A stretch of 64,000 bases of DNA from Microbacterium sp. (GTDB taxonomy: Bacteria; Actinomycetota; Actinomycetes; Actinomycetales; Microbacteriaceae), in assembly GCA_047605925.1 (NCBI GenBank), contig JASGEY010000028.1:141156-205155 (forward strand), given 5' to 3'. Position numbers and translations under genes: made by a program. Positions 30,640 through 39,742 of this stretch are shown one piece after another. Every line of letters starts with the position of its first letter. The stretch's first letter is position 1. The notes under the pieces were generated by a model that did no database searches, was not told the origin of the DNA, and was given only the letters and a program-made list of their open reading frames with translations.

Positions 30640-30880
30640 CTCGAGCAGCGTTGTTCACAACTCCCCACAGGGCGAGATCAGGATTATCGTCCACGATGTC
30701 CGTGACGTCACGGAAGAGCGAGTCCACACCCTCCGGCATCGTCAGGTCTGCGGCTGTGCGTTCAAGGGCGAGGGGAGCTGACACCCAATCCTCGCGAAGA
30801 GCGAGAATGTCCTTCGCCCCCATCCCGGCGCAGACAAGAAGACATACGGCCCGATCCAGTTGCGCGTCTGAGTTTGCTAA
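30640..30880 (-). pseudogene. Possible SDR oxidoreductase fragment
   Basis: Minus-strand frame contains ADLTMPEGVDSLF...VVNNAA (SDR NNAG-like segment) but no TGxxxGxG or YxxxK; cut upstream by the ISL3 relic. Confidence 0.35.
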
Positions 30881-30887
30881 CCAGTTT

Positions 30888-31154
30888 GGCTCTCGTGGCT
30901 GATCCGGGGGTTGTTGAGCGCGTCTGGGTGGGTGCACGTCGGTTTCTCGTCTGAGTTTCTGGACTGTCAAGGAACAGGAACTTCAGAGCGAGGCACGGCG
31001 TGCGGAGTGTCAATCTATGGTCGGCGTCGTTCGGGGTCGAGAACACGGTCGTCGAGGACGTTGAGTGTGACGGGGATGAACAGGCGCTGATCGCCCTCGG
31101 CGCTTACCGCCCTACACTCCCCGGCCGCTGACCCACAGATCAGTCAGGAGCGTC
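30888..31154 (+). mobile_element. Non-autonomous mini-ISL3 (IS1557/IS1096-like) element, 267 bp
   Basis: Imperfect 23-bp terminal IRs (GGCTCTCGTGGCTGATCCGGGGG at 30888 vs reverse complement of 31132-31154, 17/23); internal 43-codon ORF 31000-31131 joins a transposase N-terminus (VRSVNLW..FGVENTVVEDVE) to its C-terminus (ALIALGAYRPTLPGR*). Confidence 0.8.
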
Positions 31155-31156
31155 GG

Positions 31157-31187
31157 GAGAGTCCGGCCGATGGCCGGACTCTCTTTC
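31157..31187. terminator. Stem-loop downstream of tRNA-Arg
   Basis: GAGAGTCCGGCC-gat-GGCCGGACTCTC followed by TTTC. Confidence 0.65.
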
Positions 31188-31238
31188 TGAGCGACATATC
31201 TCGTGACTCATCAGCGACCGATGTCGCGACTGATCGCA

Positions 31239-31314
31239 TGGTGCCCCCGGAGGGATTCGAACCCCCGACCTACGGTACCGGAAACCGGCGCTCTATCCCC
31301 TGAGCTACGGAGGC
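31239..31314 (-). tRNA. tRNA-Arg (CCG)
   Basis: Reverse complement GCCTCCGTAGCTCAGGGGATAGAGC...TTCCGGT...GGTTCGAATCC...GGGGGCACCA; 76 nt with encoded CCA. Confidence 0.96.
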
Positions 31315-31330
31315 GCACCGAACGAGACTA

Positions 31331-32137
31331 TCACTGGTTGGAGACGCTCTGAGACCCACCAGCCACAGTCACGGGTGCCGTGCCGAGCTCGACAAGGTCG
31401 GCGACGAGCCTCTCGGCGAGATAGCGATGCCCGGCGGTTGACGGATGCTTGCGCCCGAGGTCGACGTCGATCACATCGAGGTAGTTGGCCTCGGTGATCC
31501 AGTTCTCAGCGATGGGGGAGATGTACCACCAACCGCGCTCGGCGGCGAGAGTTGACAGATCTGCGTCGATGCGCGCGGTGCCGGCTTCCACGGGCAGTAC
31601 CTGCGGTGCCGGACCCAGGATCACGATCTGTGCCTCCGGGTACTTCAATGACATCGCATCCCATGCTGCTCTGACGGCTTCGCGGTACCCTGCCTCACCC
31701 TGTTCGCGGTCGTTGATCGAGCCCTGGATGATGACGAGGTCGGGAGAAAGCGTGGGATCGAGCGCTTCGATGCGCGCCCCGAAATCGGGCCCGTCGATGC
31801 CTGCTCTGAGATAGCCGCTGCCGCGGATGCCGTTCACGACGGTTGTGCCGTCGATGAGCCCGGCGAGCACGTAGGCGTACCCCAGGGTTGGCTCCGATGC
31901 TGCGGAGCCGTAGGTCCACGAGTCGCCGAAGACCAGGATCGTCGGATGCTTGGGAAGCACCAGCGGCGCCGGCAGGATTGCCAGCGACTCCGCGTCGCTC
32001 GCGCCTGCAATCTGGGTCGCCGATGACGCCGGGATCCACGGCCGCCACACGCCGAGGACAACCACCGCGAGCGCTAGGACGACGGCGAAGGCGAGCGCCG
32101 CAGGCACTGAGCGGCGGTGGCGGGACACGGCATCCAT
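31331..32137 (-). CDS. SGNH/GDSL hydrolase, membrane-anchored
   Basis: N-terminal TM, FGDSWTYG, GSGY, GSIND, KHPSTAGH. Confidence 0.88.
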   Translation of the reverse strand: MDAVSRHRRSVPAALAFAVVLALAVVVLGVWRPWIPASSATQIAGASDAESLAILPAPLVLPKHPTILVFGDSWTYGSAASEPTLGYAYVLAGLIDGTTVVNGIRGSGYLRAGIDGPDFGARIEALDPTLSPDLVIIQGSINDREQGEAGYREAVRAAWDAMSLKYPEAQIVILGPAPQVLPVEAGTARIDADLSTLAAERGWWYISPIAENWITEANYLDVIDVDLGRKHPSTAGHRYLAERLVADLVELGTAPVTVAGGSQSVSNQ

Positions 32138-32208
32138 GGCACGACTGTAGATCACAGCATCCGCCTCGCAAATTCGGCAGGCGGGACGCGCCGTAAACTT
32201 GGTGGTCT

Positions 32209-33873
32209 ATGACTCCCGAAACGCTCGCCAACGCCCTGCTTGCCGTCCTCGCACCGATTGCCGCTGAGCGACGTCCGGGCGAACCGTTCGAGCTGACAGC
32301 ATCCGACATCGTCTTCGAACGCCCCCGCAATCGTGATCACGGAGATTGGGCCTCCAATATCGCCATGCGCCTGGCAAAGCCGCTCGGCACCAACCCGCGC
32401 GAGCTCGCTCAGCAGATCGCCGACGGACTCGGCGCCCTCGACGGGGTCTCCAGTGCTGAGGTCGCAGGTCCCGGTTTCATCAACATTCGACTGGATGCCG
32501 CCGCCGCAGGGGCCCTCGCCAAGACGATCGTCGAAGCGGGTGCGCGCTACGGTCACAATGATTCGCAGCAGGGTGTGAGCGTCAACGTCGAGTTCGTCTC
32601 GGCGAACCCGACGGGTCCGCTGCACATCGGCCACACTCGCTGGGCGGCACTCGGCGACTCGATCGTGCGCCTCCTGCTCGCCAGCGGCGCGAACGCCGTG
32701 CGCGAGTACTACATCAATGACGCCGGCGCGCAGATGGATCGCTTCGGCCACTCTGTGGTGGCAGCGGCAAAGGGGGAGCCGACCCCCGAAGGCGGCTATC
32801 CGGGTGAGTACATCGCGGCTCTCGCCGGTCGCGTGCTCGAGGCGCGTCCCGATCTGCTCGGACTGCCAGAGGTTGAGCAGCTCATCGTCGCCCGCGATCT
32901 CGCATACGAGTATCAGCTCGCCGAGATCAAGGGCTCCCTTGAGCGATTCAACGTCCCCTTCGATGTGTGGTTCTCCGAACGCACGCTGCATGCGAAGGGC
33001 GCGGACGGCACGAGCCTCATCGATCAGGCCGTTGACCGCCTGCGTGCACAGGGGCACGTCTTCGATGACGGGGGTGCCGTTTGGGTGCGCACGACCGATT
33101 TCGGCGACGACAAAGACCGTGTCATCCGCCGCTCCAACGGCGAGTACACGTACTTTGCCGCCGATGCCGCCTACTACCTGAACAAGGGCGACCGAGGCTT
33201 CGAGAACAAGATCTACCTGCTCGGAGCCGACCACCACGGGTACGTGCACAGGCTCAAGGCTGTAGCGGGGGCTTCGGGCGACGACCCGGAGAAGAACATT
33301 CAGGTGCTGATTGGGCAGCTCGTGTCGATCCGCGGTGCGCGTTTGAGCAAGCGCGCAGGAAACATCATCGAGATGGACGACCTGCAGGCTTGGATCGGCA
33401 CCGATGCGCTGCGCTATGCCCTCGAACGCTCGCCGGCTGACTCCCCGCTGGACCTCGACCCCGAGCTGCTGCAGAAGCGCACGAACGACAACCCGGTGTT
33501 CTATGTGCAGTACGCGCACGCGCGCACGCACAATGTCAGCCGGAATGCGGCCGACTCGGGTGTCGATCGCAGCGAGTTCGCCCCGGAGACTCTCACGCAC
33601 GAGACCGAGGCTGCGCTGCTCGGTGTGCTGCAGGAGTTCCCCCGTATCGTCGGCTTCGCAGCCGAGGTCCGCGAGCCGCACCGGGTCGCACGCTATCTCG
33701 AAGAACTCGCAGGGCTCTACCACCGCTGGTACGACAACTGCCGCGTGATCCCGCAGGGCGATGACCCGGTCGACAGCGTCCACCGTACCCGGCTTTGGTT
33801 GAACGACGCGGCAGGTCAGGTGCTGCGCAACGGGCTCGACCTGCTGGGAGTGTCTGCTCCGGAGCGAATGTGA
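32209..33873 (+). CDS. argS: Arginine--tRNA ligase
   Basis: EFVSANPTGPLHIGH, GADHHGY, LSKRAG, YVQYAHAR, APERM. Confidence 0.98.
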   Translation: MTPETLANALLAVLAPIAAERRPGEPFELTASDIVFERPRNRDHGDWASNIAMRLAKPLGTNPRELAQQIADGLGALDGVSSAEVAGPGFINIRLDAAAAGALAKTIVEAGARYGHNDSQQGVSVNVEFVSANPTGPLHIGHTRWAALGDSIVRLLLASGANAVREYYINDAGAQMDRFGHSVVAAAKGEPTPEGGYPGEYIAALAGRVLEARPDLLGLPEVEQLIVARDLAYEYQLAEIKGSLERFNVPFDVWFSERTLHAKGADGTSLIDQAVDRLRAQGHVFDDGGAVWVRTTDFGDDKDRVIRRSNGEYTYFAADAAYYLNKGDRGFENKIYLLGADHHGYVHRLKAVAGASGDDPEKNIQVLIGQLVSIRGARLSKRAGNIIEMDDLQAWIGTDALRYALERSPADSPLDLDPELLQKRTNDNPVFYVQYAHARTHNVSRNAADSGVDRSEFAPETLTHETEAALLGVLQEFPRIVGFAAEVREPHRVARYLEELAGLYHRWYDNCRVIPQGDDPVDSVHRTRLWLNDAAGQVLRNGLDLLGVSAPERM

Positions 33874-33914
33874 CAACTCGGGTACGGCATAAGCGGCTGC
33901 GCAAGGATTGAGCA

Positions 33915-34763
33915 ATGAGCGAGGACAATCCCACCCTGCCGTACCCTGAGGCATCCATCGTGCATGAGACACTCGTGATTCCCGGGGAGCAGGGATCATC
34001 GGATGCCGTTCCTCATTCCCGTCGCAAGCGATGGCCGTGGGTCCTGTTCGTCATCGTGCTCGTGTTGGCCGCCCTCGCTGTTGCTGCCGAGCTTCTCGCG
34101 CGCGCGGTCGTGCCAGGCATCGTGCGCGGCATCGTGATCGAGCAGCTCGATCTCCCCGCGAACCAGCAACTCGACGTCGATGCCTCCGGCATCCTGCTGC
34201 CTCAGCTCATCGCCGGTCGCTTCGACAGCCTGCATCTGTCGACCGACGCTGTGACGATCCAGGGAATAACTGGTGCAGTCGACGTCTTCGCCACCGGAGT
34301 CCCCGTGACCGGCGGCGAAATGGACGCAGCGCACGGCACGATCCGCATCGATGCTGACCAGTTCACCGCTCTTGTTGCAGGCTCAGATCTGCCCATCGAT
34401 GAGATTGCGTTCGATGCGCCGGATGTTACGGTCGCCGGCAGCGTGCAGGTGTTCACCCTCAGCATTCCGGTCACGCTCACCGTGACACCAGGCGTCGCGG
34501 AGGGCGAGCTCCAGTTGACGCCTCAGAGCATCAGCGTCGGCGGCGTGGTTCTCGACGCCGACCAGGTGCAGGCAACGCTCGGTCCGATCGGCGCGAACCT
34601 TACTCGTACGCACACGTTGTGCGTCGCCGATCAGCTCCCCGCTGGTCTCACGGTGACCGGACTCGAGATACAAGGCGAGAATGCGGTCATCGATGTCGAC
34701 GTCGACGGTGCGATCGTCACTGATGCGGGTCTTCAGCAGCTCGGGGTGTGCTCGGCGCACTGA
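33915..34763 (+). CDS. LmeA/DUF2993 family phospholipid-binding protein
   Basis: N-terminal TM, LPQLIAGRFD motif, beta-rich body, LPAGLTVT. Confidence 0.75.
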   Translation: MSEDNPTLPYPEASIVHETLVIPGEQGSSDAVPHSRRKRWPWVLFVIVLVLAALAVAAELLARAVVPGIVRGIVIEQLDLPANQQLDVDASGILLPQLIAGRFDSLHLSTDAVTIQGITGAVDVFATGVPVTGGEMDAAHGTIRIDADQFTALVAGSDLPIDEIAFDAPDVTVAGSVQVFTLSIPVTLTVTPGVAEGELQLTPQSISVGGVVLDADQVQATLGPIGANLTRTHTLCVADQLPAGLTVTGLEIQGENAVIDVDVDGAIVTDAGLQQLGVCSAH

Positions 34764-35691
34764 GCGCGGCGGCGTCCTGGGATGGGTAGCCAGCAGGAGT
34801 GACGATGTAGGCGCAGGAGAGCAGTATGACCTGCGCAGACAGGTTCAGCCAGATCAGCACCGCGACCAGAGTCGCGAACGAAGCGAGCAGGGGGTTGTTC
34901 CATGCGCCGCCGACGAAGAGGTTGGAGAGCTCCTGCAGTACCAGCAGCCCGGCCCCGCCGAGTGCCGCACCTCCAAGGAGAGTGCGCACCGCGGTGCGCA
35001 CTCCGGACAGCAGTACGAAGATGACGGCAATGAGAGCCGTATCGATGAGGAACACGACGATCAGCGACACTGCGCGTATCGAGAACGCCGCTACCGGTGA
35101 ATGCTCATCCAAGCCGAGAAGACCAGTGAGCCGCGCTATGCCGAAACGGCCAGCGATCGTCAGCACTGCAGACACAACGACGGATGCCGCGATCGCGATG
35201 GCGAGAGCCAGATTGCGCACGATCACCCAGACCCACAAGACGTCGTCGTGCGTGGTGCCAGCAATGAGACGCACGGCGGTTTGCAGGGAGCTGATCGCCC
35301 CGAGCGCTGCAGCGACGAGCCCTGCGAGAGAGATCGCCCCCGCGATCGACAGCGAGATCGGCTGGCGGAGGTCCTCGGTCTTGACCACGCCCTGCTCGCC
35401 GATGAGCCCAGGAACAGTCGTCGATACCGCATCGACGACCGCTTTCCACGCGACGGGGTGATCGGCTAACCAGAGCGCTGCAAGGGAGAACCCCAGAGCG
35501 ATGCCGGCGAACACGCTGAACAGCGCTCGGTAGGTGATGGCGTCGGCGAGCATGGGGCCGTGGCGCTCGATGTACAGCAGGACAGCACGGACGGGCCTGA
35601 GCTCCAGTGCCCAGCGAACAAAAGGCGCGGAGGCGGGCGGCCGGGCACCGTGTCGGTCGGTGTCGGTGGCATGTGGGTCGGTACTCATCAC
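34717..35691 (-). CDS. YihY/virulence factor BrkB family membrane protein
   Basis: GPMLADAITYRALFSVFA, PGLIG, NPLLASF, LIWLNLSAQVIL. Confidence 0.85.
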   Translation of the reverse strand: MMSTDPHATDTDRHGARPPASAPFVRWALELRPVRAVLLYIERHGPMLADAITYRALFSVFAGIALGFSLAALWLADHPVAWKAVVDAVSTTVPGLIGEQGVVKTEDLRQPISLSIAGAISLAGLVAAALGAISSLQTAVRLIAGTTHDDVLWVWVIVRNLALAIAIAASVVVSAVLTIAGRFGIARLTGLLGLDEHSPVAAFSIRAVSLIVVFLIDTALIAVIFVLLSGVRTAVRTLLGGAALGGAGLLVLQELSNLFVGGAWNNPLLASFATLVAVLIWLNLSAQVILLSCAYIVTPAGYPSQDAAALSAPSTPRAAEDPHQ

Positions 35692-35839
35692 GTCCCCACA
35701 CTACGAGCCCAGCCCCGTCATGGCGTAGCAGATACGGATCGCACGCTACCGTGCGCGGGCCCGTGCGCAGGTGCCCTAGAATCGGGGTCAGCCTCGTTGT
35801 GCGCGATCCCGCCCGAGATTCATCCATGATTGGTGCTCC

Positions 35840-37255
35840 GTGCTTTCCCTTGTCGACTCGCTCGCCCCGGAATGGCTTGTCGTCCCCGACGACCCGAACG
35901 ATCTGGTCGCTTCGGTGTGGCCGGCATCCGTATCCCGCGATGCGGACGGTGCGCTGGAGATAGCAGGCATCCGCGCCACAACTCTCGCGCAGACTTTCGG
36001 TACGCCGCTTCTTGTGATCGACGAAGACGACGTGCGCTCGCGCGCGCGCGCATTCCGCCTCGGGTTCGATGCTGCAGCGTCTCAGCACGGGACGACGGCT
36101 CAGGTCTACTACGCAGGCAAGGCGTTCCTGTGCGCCACGATTGCCCGATGGGTCGTCGACGAGGGCCTCCGCGTCGACGTCTGCACCGGCGGAGAGCTTG
36201 AGGTAGCGCTCGCCGCGGGTGTGGCGCCCGCCTTCATCGGCTTCCACGGCAACAACAAGTCCGTCCGTGAGCTGGAGCGCGCCGTCGAGGTCGGTGTCGG
36301 ATCGATCATCGTCGACAGCGCCATCGAGATCGAGCGACTGGCGGCGATCGTCGCCCGCATCGACCGCACGCAGCGCGTCTTCGTCCGTGTGATCAGTGGG
36401 GTGCACGCCGAGACGCATGACTTTCTTGCCACTGCGCACGAGGATCAGAAGTTCGGCTTCGCGCTGGCGGATGCCGCACCAGCTGTCGCTCGCATCAGGG
36501 AGATCCCCGGGCTTGAGTTTGCCGGACTGCACTGTCATATCGGTTCGCAGATCTTCGGTGTCGCAGGATTCCGCGAGTCCGCAGCGCGCGTGCTCGAGTT
36601 GCACGCGCACCTGCTGGAGGGCGGTCCTGTGCCGCAGCTCAACCTCGGCGGTGGATTCGGCATCGCCTACACGCGGGTTGATGATCCAACGCCCATCGAG
36701 GATCTGGCAGGTGAGATCGTCGCCGCGGTCGCCGAAGGGTGCGCGGCGCGTGGCATCGAGGTACCTGCACTGTCTTTTGAACCTGGACGCGCAATAGTCG
36801 GCCCTGCCGGGGTCACGCTCTATGAAGTGGGCACGACCAAGGAGGTGCAGCTCGAGTCTGGCGTTCGCCGCTATATCAGCGTCGACGGTGGGATGAGCGA
36901 CAATGCCCGCCCGGCGCTGTACGGCGCGCAGTACTCGGCGCGTCTCGCCTCACGCGCTGGTGTCGGCCCTGCACAACTCAGCCGTGTCGTTGGTAAGCAT
37001 TGCGAATCGGGCGACATCGTTGTCGACCACGAGTATCTGCCCGCTGACCTCGCGCCAGGCGACCTGCTCGCAGTGCCAGCGACGGGCGCATACTGCGTCT
37101 CACTGGCGAGCAACTACAACCATGTTCCCCGTCCACCGGTCGTTGCTGTCCGCGACGGTCGCACCCAGGTCATCGTGCGCGGCGAGACCATCGCCGACGT
37201 GCTGGCACGAGATGCCGGGATCGACCCGGCATCCGTCGCCGACAGCGGACGTTGA
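35840..37255 (+). CDS. lysA: Diaminopimelate decarboxylase
   Basis: YAGKAF, HGNNKS, HIGSQIF, EPGRAIVG, GKHCESGD, TGAY. Confidence 0.97.
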   Translation: MLSLVDSLAPEWLVVPDDPNDLVASVWPASVSRDADGALEIAGIRATTLAQTFGTPLLVIDEDDVRSRARAFRLGFDAAASQHGTTAQVYYAGKAFLCATIARWVVDEGLRVDVCTGGELEVALAAGVAPAFIGFHGNNKSVRELERAVEVGVGSIIVDSAIEIERLAAIVARIDRTQRVFVRVISGVHAETHDFLATAHEDQKFGFALADAAPAVARIREIPGLEFAGLHCHIGSQIFGVAGFRESAARVLELHAHLLEGGPVPQLNLGGGFGIAYTRVDDPTPIEDLAGEIVAAVAEGCAARGIEVPALSFEPGRAIVGPAGVTLYEVGTTKEVQLESGVRRYISVDGGMSDNARPALYGAQYSARLASRAGVGPAQLSRVVGKHCESGDIVVDHEYLPADLAPGDLLAVPATGAYCVSLASNYNHVPRPPVVAVRDGRTQVIVRGETIADVLARDAGIDPASVADSGR

Positions 37256-37305
37256 CTGCGCGCCGGGTCGCCGGCGCAGACATATCCACCTCTTAAGGAG
37301 CCCTC

Positions 37306-38613
37306 ATGACTGCTGAGTATCGACGACTGCGCGTTGCGCTCTTGGGCGCTGGCGCGGTCGGCTCCCAGGTCGCCGCGCTGCTGCTGCGTCACGGCGATGA
37401 ACTCGCCGATCGCGCCGGTGCCTCGCTGGAACTGGCCGGCATTGCGGTGCGCGATGTCGACGCGCCCCGCGATGTGGAGCTGCCGAAGGAGCTGTTCACC
37501 ACCGACGCCGAGTCGCTCGTGCTCGGCTCCGACATCGTGATCGAGCTCATCGGCGGTATCGAGCCCGCTCGTACCAGCATCCTGCAGGCGATCGGATCTG
37601 GCGCTGACGTCGTCACGGCCAACAAGGCTCTGCTCGCCACTCACGGTCCCGAGATCTTCGAGGCCGCTGATCGTGTCGGCGCTTCGGTCTATTACGAAGC
37701 GGCCGCTGCAGGGGCGATCCCGATCATCAGGCCTCTGCGCGATTCGCTCGCAGGCGACCGGGTCGTTCGCATCATGGGCATCGTGAACGGCACGACGAAC
37801 TACATCCTCGATCGGATGGATGCTGAGGGCGCCGACTTCGCGGAGGTCCTGGCCGACGCCCAGCGACTCGGGTATGCAGAGGCCGATCCGACGGCTGACG
37901 TCGAAGGGTTCGACGCAGCGCAGAAGGCAGCAATCCTCGCCAGCCTCGCTTTCCACACCACCGTTCCGCTGGAAGCGGTGCACCGCGAGGGCATCACATC
38001 GATTACCGCATCGATGATCGATGAGGCGCGGGCAGCGGGCTTCGTGATCAAACTTCTCGCTGTGTGCGAGCGCATCGATGTCGACGGTACAGAGTCGATC
38101 TCGGTGCGGGTGTATCCGGCGCTGGTGCCGCGGACGCATCCGCTGGCCAGCGTGCACGGCGCCAACAACGCCGTCTTCGTCGAGGCGGAGGCCGCTGGAT
38201 CTCTGATGTTCTACGGAGCGGGCGCCGGCGGCGTGCAGACGGCATCCGCCGTGCTGGGAGACGTCGTCTCTGCCGCTCGCCGTCATATCGCCGGCGGTGT
38301 CGGCGTTGGCGAGTCGACCAGGGCGAACTTGCCGATCGTGCCGATCGGGCATGTGACAACGCGCTACCAGATCACACTCCAGGTCTCTGACGCCCCAGGC
38401 GTCCTGGCCACGGTCGCTGGCATCCTCAGCGACGGTGGTGTCTCCGTCGCCACGGTCGTGCAGACGGTGGAGGGCGAAGCAGAGCCCACGGCGCGCCTGA
38501 TCATCGGCACGCACCGTGCCGCCGAGGAAGCGCTCAGCGCCACGGTTGCGGCATTGTCTGCGAGCGCGGTCGTCGAGCGCGTCGTGTCGGTGCTTCGCGT
38601 GGAAGGGGAGTGA
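37306..38613 (+). CDS. hom: Homoserine dehydrogenase (with C-terminal ACT domain)
   Basis: LLGAGAVG, TANKA, NGTTNYIL, GYAEADP, GAGAG. Confidence 0.96.
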   Translation: MTAEYRRLRVALLGAGAVGSQVAALLLRHGDELADRAGASLELAGIAVRDVDAPRDVELPKELFTTDAESLVLGSDIVIELIGGIEPARTSILQAIGSGADVVTANKALLATHGPEIFEAADRVGASVYYEAAAAGAIPIIRPLRDSLAGDRVVRIMGIVNGTTNYILDRMDAEGADFAEVLADAQRLGYAEADPTADVEGFDAAQKAAILASLAFHTTVPLEAVHREGITSITASMIDEARAAGFVIKLLAVCERIDVDGTESISVRVYPALVPRTHPLASVHGANNAVFVEAEAAGSLMFYGAGAGGVQTASAVLGDVVSAARRHIAGGVGVGESTRANLPIVPIGHVTTRYQITLQVSDAPGVLATVAGILSDGGVSVATVVQTVEGEAEPTARLIIGTHRAAEEALSATVAALSASAVVERVVSVLRVEGE

Positions 38614-39545
38614 CCGTGACCATCGGTCGCACCGTGGAGATCACGGTCCCCGCGACGAGCGCGAACCTCGGCCCAGGATTCGACACTCTCGGGCTCGCGC
38701 TCAGCGTCTACGACTCTCTTCTGGTCACTGAGCTCGCCGCCGGCGAACTCGACATCGAGGTCACAGGTTCGGGCGCAGAGGAGATTCCGCGCGACGAGTC
38801 GAACCTCATCGTCCGAACGATCGCGCACGTGTACGCCGACCTGGGGCGCGAAGCGCCCGGAGTGCGCATCGTCGCCCGCAACGGCGTGCCCCACGGCCGC
38901 GGGCTCGGATCCTCAGGAGCGGCTGTGACCGCCGGCATCCTGGCTGCCAAGGGACTGCTCGCCGGTGAGGTGGAGATCAGCGATGCTGATCTGCTGCGCC
39001 TGGCCACGGAGCTCGAGGGGCATCCCGATAACGTCGCCCCTGCACTGTTCGGTGGTCTCACGATCGCGTGGATGGGCGAGTCAGGTCCGCAGCACAAGAA
39101 GCTGCTCGTTCATCGCGGGGTCTCGCCCCTCGTGCTCGTGCCTTCGTACACGATGTCGACGTCGAAGGCTCGCTCACTGCAGCCTCCGCACGTCTCGACC
39201 GAGGATGCCGTGTTCAATGTCTCGCGTTCGGCGCTGTTGATCGCGGCACTGACGCAGAGCCCTGAGCTGCTGCTGGACGCCACTGCAGACCGGCTGCACC
39301 AGGATTACCGTGCTGAGGCGATGCCAGAGACCCAGCGCCTCGTGCAGGCGTTGCGCAAGCAGGGGTTCGCCGCGGTCGTCTCGGGCGCAGGCCCCAGCGT
39401 GCTCGTGCTCGCAGACGGCCCGGGGCGGCGTCGGGAGGCCGCCGTTGTGGCCGCGCAGGCGACCGACACCCCGTGGGATGCTCTGCTTCTCGCGGTGGAC
39501 GTCCGTGGTGGTACAGTGGAAGAACGAGCGGAGGGCTCCACGTAA
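38610..39545 (+). CDS. thrB: Homoserine kinase
   Basis: PATSANLGPGFD, PHGRGLGSSG, EGHPDN, SGAGP. Confidence 0.97.
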   Translation: MTVTIGRTVEITVPATSANLGPGFDTLGLALSVYDSLLVTELAAGELDIEVTGSGAEEIPRDESNLIVRTIAHVYADLGREAPGVRIVARNGVPHGRGLGSSGAAVTAGILAAKGLLAGEVEISDADLLRLATELEGHPDNVAPALFGGLTIAWMGESGPQHKKLLVHRGVSPLVLVPSYTMSTSKARSLQPPHVSTEDAVFNVSRSALLIAALTQSPELLLDATADRLHQDYRAEAMPETQRLVQALRKQGFAAVVSGAGPSVLVLADGPGRRREAAVVAAQATDTPWDALLLAVDVRGGTVEERAEGST

Positions 39546-39742
39546 CTGCGTGAATCTGGCCCCATTGCAACTCTGCAGGACCCGCACGCAAATCCTTCAC
39601 ACACAACTCCTCTGAGAGTCATGACCGCTCTGGGTGTTCTGTGCCAAGGCAAGGCTGACGCCGAGCGTCAGAGCGTGCGATCGTGCGCAGCACCCGCTGC
39701 GCGCGGAACGCTCATGTCTCCGAGACCAAAGAGGGAGTACTC

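Noticed and set aside
30790-30860. LLVCAGMGAKDILAL as a tyrosine-recombinase box I
   Set aside because: The catalytic Arg is absent and there is no HxxR/Y; the adjacent sequence fits an SDR fragment better.
26195-31154. Composite transposon formed by the two IS relics
   Set aside because: They belong to different families (IS3 vs ISL3) with unrelated ends, and no shared target duplication is seen.
32152-33999. Long antisense ORFs (615 aa opposite argS; also 35105-36610, 40187-41881, 47587-49356, 57813-59606, 58567-60240)
   Set aside because: Typical high-GC shadow frames opposite well-supported genes, with no recognisable motifs.
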